The notes below the pieces were generated by a model. That model did no database searches and had not been told where the DNA came from. It saw nothing but the letters and a program-made list of their open reading frames with translations. From Vicinamibacterales bacterium (GTDB lineage Bacteria; Acidobacteriota; Vicinamibacteria; Vicinamibacterales; UBA2999), in the NCBI GenBank assembly GCA_036274155.1, contig DASUGH010000158.1:16017-80016 (forward strand): a stretch of 64,000 bases of DNA, in the 5' to 3' direction. Of this stretch, positions 9,097 to 19,516 are shown one piece after another; positions within the stretch are counted from its first letter, which is position 1, and each line of letters opens with the position of its first letter. Position numbers and translations under genes: made by a program.

Positions 9097-9390
9097 GTGC
9101 CGCAGACGTATTTGGTTGGTCTGTACATTCACGCTTCAGACCCGCAGCTCGCGGCAAACCAACGCGCCGCGCTCCGGCTCTATGCCGAAAACATGGGGTG
9201 GACGATCACGATCGAGACGGCAGGGGAGATCGAGCCGCTCATTCACGCTGCCGCTGAACACGCCATCCAGCTGGTTCTCTGCTGGCGACTGAGCGACATG
9301 CCAGAGGCCGAATCGCTGTTGGCACGTCTTCACGCAACCGGCGTCGATGTCCTGCCGCTCGCGCAGAGCTGCGCCGCCCTGCAGGAATAA
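9097..9390 (+). CDS. Small stand-alone, degenerate serine-recombinase (resolvase) N-terminal-like protein
   Basis: LVGLYIHASDPQLAANQRAALRLYAENMGWTI...LVLCWRLSDM...LHATGVDVLPL follows the resolvase catalytic-domain pattern (YxRxS..Q...Q...L...A...GW; vv..lDRlsR; L...gv.v). The Arg of YxRxS is His and no DNA-binding domain follows. The local G+C is lower. Confidence 0.4.
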   Translation: MPQTYLVGLYIHASDPQLAANQRAALRLYAENMGWTITIETAGEIEPLIHAAAEHAIQLVLCWRLSDMPEAESLLARLHATGVDVLPLAQSCAALQE

Positions 9391-9406
9391 GGTCCGAGCA
9401 GATCGG

Positions 9407-10075
9407 ATGAATGGTAGAGTCGCGCAGATGCGGCTGATCTTCGAGCAGATCCGGTCGGGTGGCGACCGCAACCTCGGGTACCTCCTCGGCGATCGCACAG
9501 CAGGCGTTGGCGTCTTGATCGATCCCTCGTACTCGCCCGACGTCTTCGTCGAGCGCGCACGCGCCCAGGCGCTGTCGATTACGCACGTGATCAACACCCA
9601 CAGCCATCCCGATCACACGAACGGCAACGAGCGGGCGCTGGCGCTCACCGGTGCCCGGCTCGCCGCCCACCCCGCACTCGACCCGAGTGTGCCGCTCGAG
9701 GATGGAGCAACGTTGAGTATCGGCGACCTGCGGCTGATCGCTCATCACGTGCCCGGACACTGTGCCGATCACGTCGTCCTGTACGAGTCGGTTTACCGGC
9801 TCCTCATCACCGGTGATCTTCTGTTCATCGGCAAAGTCGGCGGCACGCAGACCGATGCCGACGCCCGCACCGAATGGCGCAGCCTGCAGCGTCTGCTCAC
9901 GCTCGTGCCAGACGAGACGACCGTGTGGCCGGGGCACGACTATGGCGTCAGGCCGAGCTCGACGATCGCACTCGAGAAGCGGACGAACCCGTTTCTGTTG
10001 TGCGCCGACGAAGCCGCGTTTCTGCGGCTCAAGGCCGAGTGGGCGGACGTCAAGCAGCGTCTTGGTTTGAAGTGA
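9407..10075 (+). CDS. MBL-fold metallo-hydrolase (glyoxalase II / persulfide dioxygenase-like)
   Basis: HSHPDH metal motif (INTHSHPDHTNGN), HHVPGH, GDLLF and WPGHDYG. ATG at 9407, with an alternative at 9428. Confidence 0.85.
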   Translation: MNGRVAQMRLIFEQIRSGGDRNLGYLLGDRTAGVGVLIDPSYSPDVFVERARAQALSITHVINTHSHPDHTNGNERALALTGARLAAHPALDPSVPLEDGATLSIGDLRLIAHHVPGHCADHVVLYESVYRLLITGDLLFIGKVGGTQTDADARTEWRSLQRLLTLVPDETTVWPGHDYGVRPSSTIALEKRTNPFLLCADEAAFLRLKAEWADVKQRLGLK

Positions 10076-10112
10076 GTGGTGCAGGGAGCGCCTGCGCGCC
10101 TCGATGATTGTC

Positions 10113-11648
10113 TTACTTCGCCGGTTCGGCCGCTTTGGGCGGCGCGGGTATCACTCGATATTGATCGACGATCGCAGGCCGCTTTCCCTCCAGGGAGAGC
10201 CCGGCAGCGAGCATCAGTCTGGTGACTGCGGCGATCGTCGGCGGGTCGGGCCGCAGCTCGACGCCAACGTAGCCCTCCGCGATATAGAGCGGCGTCCGGC
10301 CGGTCTTGTTGGGCCTGCTCCAGATCATGGGATCCGCCCCGCGGCTCGCCAGCAGATTCACCACGCGCGGATAGTTGTTGGCCGCGGCGCCGTGCATCGC
10401 CGTGTCTCCGTTGTTGTCCACGCCATTCACGTCGGCGCCGCGATCGAGCAGCATCTCCACGGCTTCGAGCGCTTCGTTCTCCTCCCCGGCCTCCTCGAGC
10501 ACTTCTCTCGTTCCGACACCAGCGGCCGCCATCAACGGTGTCGTGTTGTTGGCGTTCGGCAGCAGCGGATCGGCGCCGAGTTCCAGAAGCAGCCGCATCA
10601 ATGGAACATCCGACCGATCGGCGGCAAAGAGCAGCGGCGTGGCCCCGGAAGTCGCGAGTTGTGAGGATGTCGCGGGCATGCGCGGCGATCCTTGCGGGAG
10701 GCGGGAATTCACATTCGCGCCGCGTTTCACGATTTCCCGTACGAATTCGAGGCTCGAGAGGCGGCCGGCGCCGACCGGGGCGGCACCGTCGCTTCCATCG
10801 CTAGAATCCGGCTTCCGCACGCCGGGCAGCAGGTGCAGCGGCGTGAAGCCGGTTCGTCGATCATTCGGATCGGCGCCGGCGTCGATCAACGCAATCGCCA
10901 GCTCGAAGTGCGCGTTCTGGACCGCGAGCAGGAGAGGGCTCGTACGTCCTCCGGTTGCCGGGCGAGGGCCGGCCTCGTCCTGGGGGCGCTGCATCATCGC
11001 GTTTGCGTCGGCGCCGGCGGCGAGGAAGGCGCGCACCGTCTCCAGGCGGCCTTCGCGCACCGCAAAGAAGAACGGCGTGAATCCAGATTCGGTTTTCGCG
11101 TTCCGGTCGGCGCCCGCCGCCATCAGCGCCCGAACGACGGCGGTGTGCCCTTCTGCCGCGGCCCACATCAACGCCGTCTGTCCGAGTCGTTCCCGTGCAT
11201 TGGGATTCGCGTGGCGGGCGAGCAGCATCTGCACAACCTCCGCACTGCCGGAGCGCGATGCCAGCATGAGGACTGTCTCTCCACCCTTGAGCGTCAGGTT
11301 GATGTCGGCCCCCGCGTCCAACAGCATCTTCACCATCGTGGCGCTGCCGTTCCTGGACGCCTGCGCCAGCGACGACATGCCGTAGCGATTCACGGCGTTG
11401 ACGTCGGCTCCCGCTTTGAGGAGCAAGGCGGCCGTGTCCGTATCGTCGTGATACGCAGCCCAGTGCAGCGCCGTCGTGCCGTCGGGCTGGGGCGCGTTCA
11501 CGCCGGAGCCCGATTTCAGAAGCGTGCGGACAGCGGCCTGATCGCGTTTCTCCGCGGCATCGGCAAGCGGGGACGACGACGCGGCGATGGCGGAAGACGC
11601 GAGGCCGAAACCGAGGATCACGAGTGCACCAAGAGTTCGCCACTGCAT
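10113..11648 (-). CDS. Secreted ankyrin-repeat protein (about 11 recognisable repeats)
   Basis: ATG at 11648 with GGAG 6 nt upstream. Signal peptide MQWRTLGALVILGFGLASSAIAA. Repeated G-x-T-[AP]-L-H/M-x-A-A...G...VV..LL..GAD.NA units throughout. Confidence 0.9.
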   Translation of the reverse strand: MQWRTLGALVILGFGLASSAIAASSSPLADAAEKRDQAAVRTLLKSGSGVNAPQPDGTTALHWAAYHDDTDTAALLLKAGADVNAVNRYGMSSLAQASRNGSATMVKMLLDAGADINLTLKGGETVLMLASRSGSAEVVQMLLARHANPNARERLGQTALMWAAAEGHTAVVRALMAAGADRNAKTESGFTPFFFAVREGRLETVRAFLAAGADANAMMQRPQDEAGPRPATGGRTSPLLLAVQNAHFELAIALIDAGADPNDRRTGFTPLHLLPGVRKPDSSDGSDGAAPVGAGRLSSLEFVREIVKRGANVNSRLPQGSPRMPATSSQLATSGATPLLFAADRSDVPLMRLLLELGADPLLPNANNTTPLMAAAGVGTREVLEEAGEENEALEAVEMLLDRGADVNGVDNNGDTAMHGAAANNYPRVVNLLASRGADPMIWSRPNKTGRTPLYIAEGYVGVELRPDPPTIAAVTRLMLAAGLSLEGKRPAIVDQYRVIPAPPKAAEPAK

Positions 11649-11658
11649 ACGCGGCTCC

Positions 11659-13002
11659 CTATACGGCAAAGAGGTCCTCGACCTGCCCGGTGCTGTCCAT
11701 GAACGAGTCCAGGTGCACCCCCACACGATCGAGCAGCGTGAGATGGAGGTTGGCCAGGTTCGTTCCCTTCTCGTAGCGAATGTGCCGGCCGCCCTTCAGG
11801 CCCGCCGCTGCGCCGCCCGCGACCAGAATCGGCAGGTTCTCGTGATCGTGAGTACTCGAATTCCCGATGCCGCTTCCGTACAGGTAGACCGAGTGATCGA
11901 GAAGGGAGCCGTCGCCGTCCGGCGTGGCCTTCATTCTCTGGAGGAAATCGGTGAACAGCGACAGATGGAACGTGTTGATCTTGGCGATCTTCGCCAGCTT
12001 CTCCGGATCGCCGCCGTGGTGGCTCGTCGGGTGATGCGGGTCTGCCACGCCGATCTCGGGATACGTGCGGTTGTTCTGCTCGCGCGTGAACTGGAACGTG
12101 ACCACGCGGGTGACGTCCGCCTGGAACGCCAGAATCTGCAGGTCGTACATGATCTTCGCGTGGTCGGCGAATGCGGCGGGGACCCCGACAGGTCTTTCGA
12201 GATCGGGCATCGTGTCGTCTGCGGCGGCCTTCTCGCCCCGCTCGATCTCGTGTTCCACCTCACGAACGCTCTCGAGATACTGATCCAGCCGTGCGCGGTC
12301 GGCGGCACCTACCCGCTGCTTCAGCCTGGCAATGTTGCCGGTGAACGAATCGAGAAGGCTGGCCCGATCCTGCAATGCCGCACGGCGCGTCGCCGCATTC
12401 CCGCCTTCTCCAAAGAGCCGTTCGAAGACCACACGCGGATGCGCCTCGGACGGAAGCGGCGTCGTCGGCGATGACCATGACAGGCAGTTCTGATAGACGC
12501 ACGCGTAACCGTTGTTGCAGACGCCGGCCAGCGGGTTCAGATCCATCGCGAGTTGCAGTGAGGCCAGTTGCGTCTCGCGGCCCATCTCCCTGGCAGCGAT
12601 CTGGTCGACGGTGATGCCCAGGTAGTAATCCGAGCTCTCGGTGTGTTTGGCGGGCGCCGCGCTCAGGAAGGACGCGTTGGACGTGTCGTGCGTGCCCGGA
12701 TAGGCGTTCTGGAGACGCATATTGGTGAGCACCGTCACATGATCCTTGACAGGCTCGAGCGGCGCCAGAATCGGAGAAAGCTCACCGAGTGTTCCCTGAC
12801 CGGGTGGAGTCCAGCGGGCCTGATCGCAGCCCATCGGGATGAACACGAAGCCGAGCCGGCGCACCGGTTTTGCGGCGGTTTGCGCCCAGGCCGTGCCCGC
12901 CGGAATCATGGCGTCGAGTAACGGCAACGCGAGCGCAGCCCCTCCGCCCTTCAGCACCGTGCGCCGGGGAATCGCCTTCTTCGTGAGAAACATCGCGCTC
13001 AC
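11659..13002 (-). CDS. DUF1552 domain protein with twin-arginine signal
   Basis: N-terminus MSAMFLTKKAIPRRTVLKGGGAALALPLLDAM (Tat-like RR). The C-terminal ...SSTHDHENLPILVAGGAAAGLKGGRHIRY... is typical of the DUF1552 family. Confidence 0.88.
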   Translation of the reverse strand: MSAMFLTKKAIPRRTVLKGGGAALALPLLDAMIPAGTAWAQTAAKPVRRLGFVFIPMGCDQARWTPPGQGTLGELSPILAPLEPVKDHVTVLTNMRLQNAYPGTHDTSNASFLSAAPAKHTESSDYYLGITVDQIAAREMGRETQLASLQLAMDLNPLAGVCNNGYACVYQNCLSWSSPTTPLPSEAHPRVVFERLFGEGGNAATRRAALQDRASLLDSFTGNIARLKQRVGAADRARLDQYLESVREVEHEIERGEKAAADDTMPDLERPVGVPAAFADHAKIMYDLQILAFQADVTRVVTFQFTREQNNRTYPEIGVADPHHPTSHHGGDPEKLAKIAKINTFHLSLFTDFLQRMKATPDGDGSLLDHSVYLYGSGIGNSSTHDHENLPILVAGGAAAGLKGGRHIRYEKGTNLANLHLTLLDRVGVHLDSFMDSTGQVEDLFAV

Positions 13003-13010
13003 CTTTCTCT

Positions 13011-13059
13011 ACTAATCAAGGGCGCTGCCCTTGATACCCCGTCCGCGCCCTTGATTAGT
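13011..13059 (-). promoter_or_regulatory. Three-arm palindrome between the DUF1592 and DUF1552 genes
   Basis: ACTAATCAAGGGCG (13011-13024) is the perfect reverse complement of CGCCCTTGATTAGT (13046-13059). Its core ATCAAGGGC (13015-13023) also pairs perfectly with GCCCTTGAT (13027-13035, 3-nt loop). The element ends 8 nt before the AGAGAAAGG RBS region of the 13002 start. Confidence 0.55.
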
Positions 13060-13074
13060 CGACAGCGTCTCTTG

Positions 13075-13130
13075 GCCGCGCTCCGCGCGGCGGCCCGTGA
13101 TGCGGACTCGCTCGGGGCCGCATCACGGGC
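13075..13130 (-). other. Two further perfect stem-loops in the same intercistronic spacer
   Basis: GCCGCGC-tcc-GCGCGGC (13075-13091, 7 bp) and GCCCGTGATGCGG-N12-CCGCATCACGGGC (13093-13130, 13 bp). The second contains the DUF1592 stop codon (13123-13125). No U-tract follows either. Confidence 0.55.
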
Positions 13131-15549
13131 TGATGCTCGCTGTCTTGCCGGGTGCAGGGTCTTTCTTCAATTCAGCGCGGCGCATCTGAAACGGTGCGCT
13201 CTTCACGATCCCGAGAATCAGCGACGAGAAGCGATATCCATCTTTTCCGGCATCCTTCACAATCCTGCGAACAGCAGGCGCATCGTAGTACTCCACGCCT
13301 CGGCCGAGAGCGAACGTCATCAGGTTTTCGGTCAAAGCCGTGACAAACAGTTCCGGTCGCGCCAGGAGCGCGTTTTCCAGTCCGTCGACGCCGCGAAATT
13401 CTCCTCCACCCGGCACGGAGCCAGTCGCGTCGACGATGTTTCCATCGACCTCGACGTCGCGCCACTGCCCGATGGCGTCGAAATTTTCGAGCGCGAAGCC
13501 AACCGGGTCGATCGAGCGGTGACAGGTCGCGCACGCGGCGTTATCGCGATGAACAGCCAGGCGCTGGCGCATCGACAGATTGGCGGACATCTTGCTCTCG
13601 TCGAGCGCCGGCACATTCGGAGGCGGCGACGGCGGTGGAGCACCGAGCAGATTGCGAAGCACCAGGACACCGCGAAGAACGGGCGACGTCCGTGTCGCGT
13701 AGGACGTCACAGACAGCACGCTGCCCTGCCGCAGCAGCCCTCCGCGTTTGCTGTCGGGAGCGAGCACCACGCGCCGGAACCGGCTGCCGTAGACGCCGGG
13801 AATCCCGTAGTGCCTGGCGAGCCGCTCATTGAGGAACGTGTAGTCCGACCGGATGAACGTCAGGACGCTGCGATCCTCCCGCACGACGCTGTCGAAGAAC
13901 ATCTCGGTTTCCTGGCGCAGCGCCTGGCGCAGATTGTCGTCGAAGTCGCGGAACAGGTTCGCGTTCGGCGATACGCCGTCGATGTTGCGGAGCCGCAGCC
14001 ACTGCCCGGCGAAATTCGTGGCGAGATTCACGGTGCGGCGGTCACCGAGCAGCCTCCGCACCTGCTTCTCGAGCTCGGCCGGCTGGCTCAGTTTCCCGCG
14101 AATCGCCGACTCGAGCAGTTCATCGTCCGGGATGCTGCTCCACAGGAAGAACGACAGTCGCGACGCCAGTTCGAGATCGCTGATCCGGTAGACGCCACTC
14201 GCCGGCATCTTCCTGGGGTCGCTTTCCACGCGGAGCAGGAACTCCGGATTGGCCAGGATGGCACTCAGCGCTGTGGTGATTCCGGTCTCGAAATCGCCAT
14301 CGGTGCGCGCTTTGCGATAGAAAGCCATCGGGCCTTCCAGGTCGGCCTTCGCCACCGGCCGGCGATAGGCGCGGCGCATCACCACCGACAGGATGGATGC
14401 CGCGCAAGCGGCGTCCTCCGTGGCCTGCCCCGTTGGCTTGCACGTGAACAACCGGCGGCGGCTCGGCGTATCGCCGGCGCCGCGCGGCGCATAAGGTCCC
14501 GCAATCGACAGCTGGGCGACCGCCGGCACGCTGCGCGGATGCCGCCGGTCGTTGAAACGCGATTCGGTTGGCTGCCGGAGCGTATCGATCAGCGACGAGC
14601 CTTCTTGTACGAAGGTGACACTGACGTCGTGCGGACCTGCGGTTATGGGAAGGCGCACCTTCAAGTCTCTGTCGGCCTGCGTGTCGTCGCCGTTCGCGGT
14701 CCTCTGGACGGTGAACGTCTTGACCGGCTCCCGGTCGATGAGCACGAGCAGCTGGTGCGTCCGGCGCTCCCGCAAACCGCTGACGACGCCTTCCAGATTG
14801 CGGGCCAGCATGATCTGGATGTCGTAGTCGCCGTCCTGAGCGAACGTGTGCAGGGTCGACATCCCGCCTCGCGTGCCGAGAGGCATTCCCGGAAGCTGAT
14901 CTTCCTGTGTGAGATCGGCGGCGACGCTGACGGTGTCGCTCTCCACGGACGACTGCGCACTCCCCACCGCCAGCCGGCTGATTTTCTGCGCCGCACTGAT
15001 GTAGCGGTTCAGCAGCGTCGGCGAGAGGTCGCCGACCGTGACGTTGTCGAAGCCGTGACCGCTCTCGTCGGCAGGCAGAAGCGCGGCGGCGTCGATGTCG
15101 AGCGCCAGCAGGTCGCGGATCGCGTTCTGATACTCGGTTCGATTCAGGCGCCGCAGCGTCTCCGTGCGCCCTGGATTCGGTTGTGCCGCCGACGCTGCAT
15201 CGAGCGACGTTTCGAGGAACGTCACAAGCGTCAGGCGATCGGCCTCGGACGGCTGCGGCATGTTCGCGGGGGGCATGACGCCCGTACGCACCTTGCGGAC
15301 AACCTTCTCCCACAGTTCCGGGTGTGCACCAGGCTTCGACACGTCGGCTTGAACCAGGTTCAGGTCGGCCGTCTTCAGTCGTTCGTTGTGGCACCCTGCG
15401 CAATATCGATCGAGAAACTGACGCTGCGGCGCAGGAGCAGGTCCGGCGGGCGCTTGCGCTGACAACCCCGGCGTGAGAAACGTCTGTGTCGCGACGAATC
15501 CGGCGAGAGCCACCGTTAGCATTGCAGAGGTCGACACCGGCTGCGTCAT
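13123..15549 (-). CDS. DUF1592/DUF1595/DUF1587/DUF1588/DUF1585-type multidomain protein with cytochrome-c-like CxxCH motifs
   Basis: Signal peptide. DRYCAGCHNERLKTADLNL (planctomycete-cytochrome-C-type) and NAACATCHRSIDPVGFALENFDAIGQWR motifs. Length of 808 aa and pairing with DUF1552 are typical. Confidence 0.88.
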   Translation of the reverse strand: MTQPVSTSAMLTVALAGFVATQTFLTPGLSAQAPAGPAPAPQRQFLDRYCAGCHNERLKTADLNLVQADVSKPGAHPELWEKVVRKVRTGVMPPANMPQPSEADRLTLVTFLETSLDAASAAQPNPGRTETLRRLNRTEYQNAIRDLLALDIDAAALLPADESGHGFDNVTVGDLSPTLLNRYISAAQKISRLAVGSAQSSVESDTVSVAADLTQEDQLPGMPLGTRGGMSTLHTFAQDGDYDIQIMLARNLEGVVSGLRERRTHQLLVLIDREPVKTFTVQRTANGDDTQADRDLKVRLPITAGPHDVSVTFVQEGSSLIDTLRQPTESRFNDRRHPRSVPAVAQLSIAGPYAPRGAGDTPSRRRLFTCKPTGQATEDAACAASILSVVMRRAYRRPVAKADLEGPMAFYRKARTDGDFETGITTALSAILANPEFLLRVESDPRKMPASGVYRISDLELASRLSFFLWSSIPDDELLESAIRGKLSQPAELEKQVRRLLGDRRTVNLATNFAGQWLRLRNIDGVSPNANLFRDFDDNLRQALRQETEMFFDSVVREDRSVLTFIRSDYTFLNERLARHYGIPGVYGSRFRRVVLAPDSKRGGLLRQGSVLSVTSYATRTSPVLRGVLVLRNLLGAPPPSPPPNVPALDESKMSANLSMRQRLAVHRDNAACATCHRSIDPVGFALENFDAIGQWRDVEVDGNIVDATGSVPGGGEFRGVDGLENALLARPELFVTALTENLMTFALGRGVEYYDAPAVRRIVKDAGKDGYRFSSLILGIVKSAPFQMRRAELKKDPAPGKTASISP

Positions 15550-15560
15550 CTGCCGCTTCC

Positions 15561-15599
15561 TCCGGACTGGAGGATCCTACTCCTGTCCGGAAGTCCGGA
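15561..15599 (-). promoter_or_regulatory. Leader stem-loop overlapping the Shine-Dalgarno of the DUF1592 gene
   Basis: In mRNA sense: UCCGGACAGGAG-uaggauc-CUCCAGUCCGGA (15591->15561), 11 bp plus one A.A mismatch. Its 3' arm runs into GGAGGAAGCGGCAG-AUG. A second tandem copy of UCCGGAC (15599->15593) could pair alternatively. Confidence 0.5.
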
Positions 15600-15736
15600 T
15601 CTCTTTGATTTTTGGGCTCCCCAACATGATGGAGGTCTCCCTTTCGAGACGACTCCGCACACCTCTCCCAATGCGATCGCGTGCCTGTCGAGCAGCGGCT
15701 TCACCCGATCATCTCGTGTGAGGCGGTGCGAGGGTG

Positions 15737-15853
15737 GGCAACGCCGCCATCCTCACGGCGCTTCGCGAGCAGCTCGGGCTGAAGCTCGAGCCCACCCGCG
15801 GCGCCGTCCGCACAATCGTGATCGATTCAGTCGAGAGGCCGACCGAGGACTAA
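15737..15853 (+). pseudogene. C-terminal remnant of a TIGR03435-type (BlaR1-tail-like) gene
   Basis: [38 protein letters not shown] aligns almost residue for residue with the end of the BlaR1-like protein at 21351 ([38 protein letters not shown]). The frame is closed by TGA at 15719-15721, so only ~43 codons survive. Confidence 0.65.
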
Positions 15854-15937
15854 GAGCACCCACACTGCCGACGGCTGCGGCCACACTCCTCCCGTTGCAC
15901 GAGAGGCCACCGCTCCAGCAGAAGAGCGCTCTACGCT

Positions 15938-16231
15938 TTACCGGTTGCGCCGTCTAGCCGCCGCCACGCCGGCTGCTGCCACGGCGGCGCCGACCACGGC
16001 CGCCACGACCTTGGCTCGCTTCCGCTTCCGCGGGCGGCCGGTGATCTTCCCTACGACCTTCCCAGCCGCGTCGGTCGCCTGCCGCTGCGCGCGCGCGACG
16101 GTCTTCCCTGCATGCTTGACGGTGGTTCTGGTCAGCCGAGCGGCCAGGCGTCCACCTCGACGCCCAGCCTCCCCAACGGCCGCCTTGGCGTGGCTCACCG
16201 CTTGCGCGGCTTCCGTCGATATTTTCGTCAT
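15938..16231 (-). CDS. Small basic protein with C-terminal hydrophobic Ala/Val helix (hypothetical)
   Basis: ATG at 16231 with AGGAGA 7 nt upstream. High third-position G+C. Sequence ...RPRKRKRAKVVAAVVGAAVAAAGVAAARRRNR. Confidence 0.5.
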   Translation of the reverse strand: MTKISTEAAQAVSHAKAAVGEAGRRGGRLAARLTRTTVKHAGKTVARAQRQATDAAGKVVGKITGRPRKRKRAKVVAAVVGAAVAAAGVAAARRRNR

Positions 16232-16525
16232 GTGCCGTTCTCCTGTGCACGCAGGCTCGACCCACGTGCCTGATCCGTTTCAGCGTATCGCTATGCAAAA
16301 CAGCGCCCAGGCAGGTGCATCCTGTCGAGTCGGTGAATCGTCCGGCGCCGCACCAACCTTCGCTCACGATGCGCCCGAAGGTCGGCTGAGGCTCGGAGTT
16401 CCATTTCGGCATCAACGCGAGTACGTGATCGGAGGCCGCCTGCTTTAACATCCGTGCGCGTTCATGCAGGCCGCCCATATGCGGCCGCGGATTCAGGGAA
16501 TTGATCAACTGCGGGAAGGCAGCAG

Positions 16526-18967
<2,442 letters not shown>

Positions 18968-19068
18968 GAGAGAATCAGACACCGTAGCGGACGCTCCCGC
19001 CGCCGGAGCTCGGCGGCAAACCCCTTCCGCCGGCGCCTTCCCCCGCCGACGTTCCGTCTCACCCATGG

Positions 19069-19111
19069 TTGACATGCTACACCTGTGGCAGTAAAGTGCC
19101 ACACACGTAGC
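19069..19111 (+). promoter_or_regulatory. Candidate sigma-70-type promoter with overlapping palindromic operator upstream of the BlaI-like gene
   Basis: TTGACA (19069-19074), a 17-nt spacer, then TAAAGT (19092-19097). Palindrome GCTAC-N3-TGTGGCA-gtaaag-TGCCACA-N3-GTAGC spans 19076-19111. ATG at 19124. Confidence 0.5.
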
Positions 19112-19123
19112 ACCTGAACGCAT

Positions 19124-19516
19124 ATGCCAAAACCCACACTGGACCGCCTGACGCGCCGCGAGCGCGAGATCATGGACGCGATCTTTGCCGGGGGAAACCG
19201 GGCCTCCGCCGAGGACATTCGCAGCCGGCTGATCGACTCGCCCAGCTACTCGGCGGTGCGGACGATGCTCACCAGGCTCGAGCAGAAGGGATACGTCCGC
19301 CACCACGCGCTGGGCAATCGCTACATCTACTCGGCCACCGCATCACCCGCCGCCGTGCAGCGGGCGGGGCTGCGGCGCTTTCTCGGCGTGTTCTTCGAAG
19401 GCTCGACCCGGAATCTCGTCACCTCCCTGCTCCGCAACGAGGAATGGTCGGACGAGGCGCTCGATGCCCTGCAGTCGGAAATCGATCGCGTGCGCAAACA
19501 GAGGAGAAGGCCATGA
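19124..19516 (+). CDS. BlaI/MecI/CopY-family transcriptional repressor
   Basis: LTRREREIMDAIFAGGNRASAEDIRSRL...YSAVRTMLTRLEQKGYVRH winged-helix pattern. 130 aa. Stop overlaps the next start (ATGA). Confidence 0.9.
   Translation: MPKPTLDRLTRREREIMDAIFAGGNRASAEDIRSRLIDSPSYSAVRTMLTRLEQKGYVRHHALGNRYIYSATASPAAVQRAGLRRFLGVFFEGSTRNLVTSLLRNEEWSDEALDALQSEIDRVRKQRRRP

Noticed and set aside
13051-15462. Very long ORFs antisense to confident genes (13051-15462 +, 17504-19306 -, 23373-25088 -, 36706-38409 +, 62232-63596 -, 10375-11385 + and many others in the track)
   Set aside because: Their translations are Arg/Pro/Ala/Gly-rich with no recognisable motifs. They mirror genes that have clear family signatures. 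Stop-poor antisense frames are expected in high-GC DNA.
15954-16508. Minus-strand ORF MINSLNPRPHMGGLHERARMLKQAASDHVLALMPKWNSEPQPTFG... upstream of, and overlapping, the small basic-protein gene
   Set aside because: The first ~80 codons have moderately coding-like composition but no recognisable family. The rest overlaps the better-supported 15938-16231 gene out of frame. It could be a 5' leader or a decayed gene.
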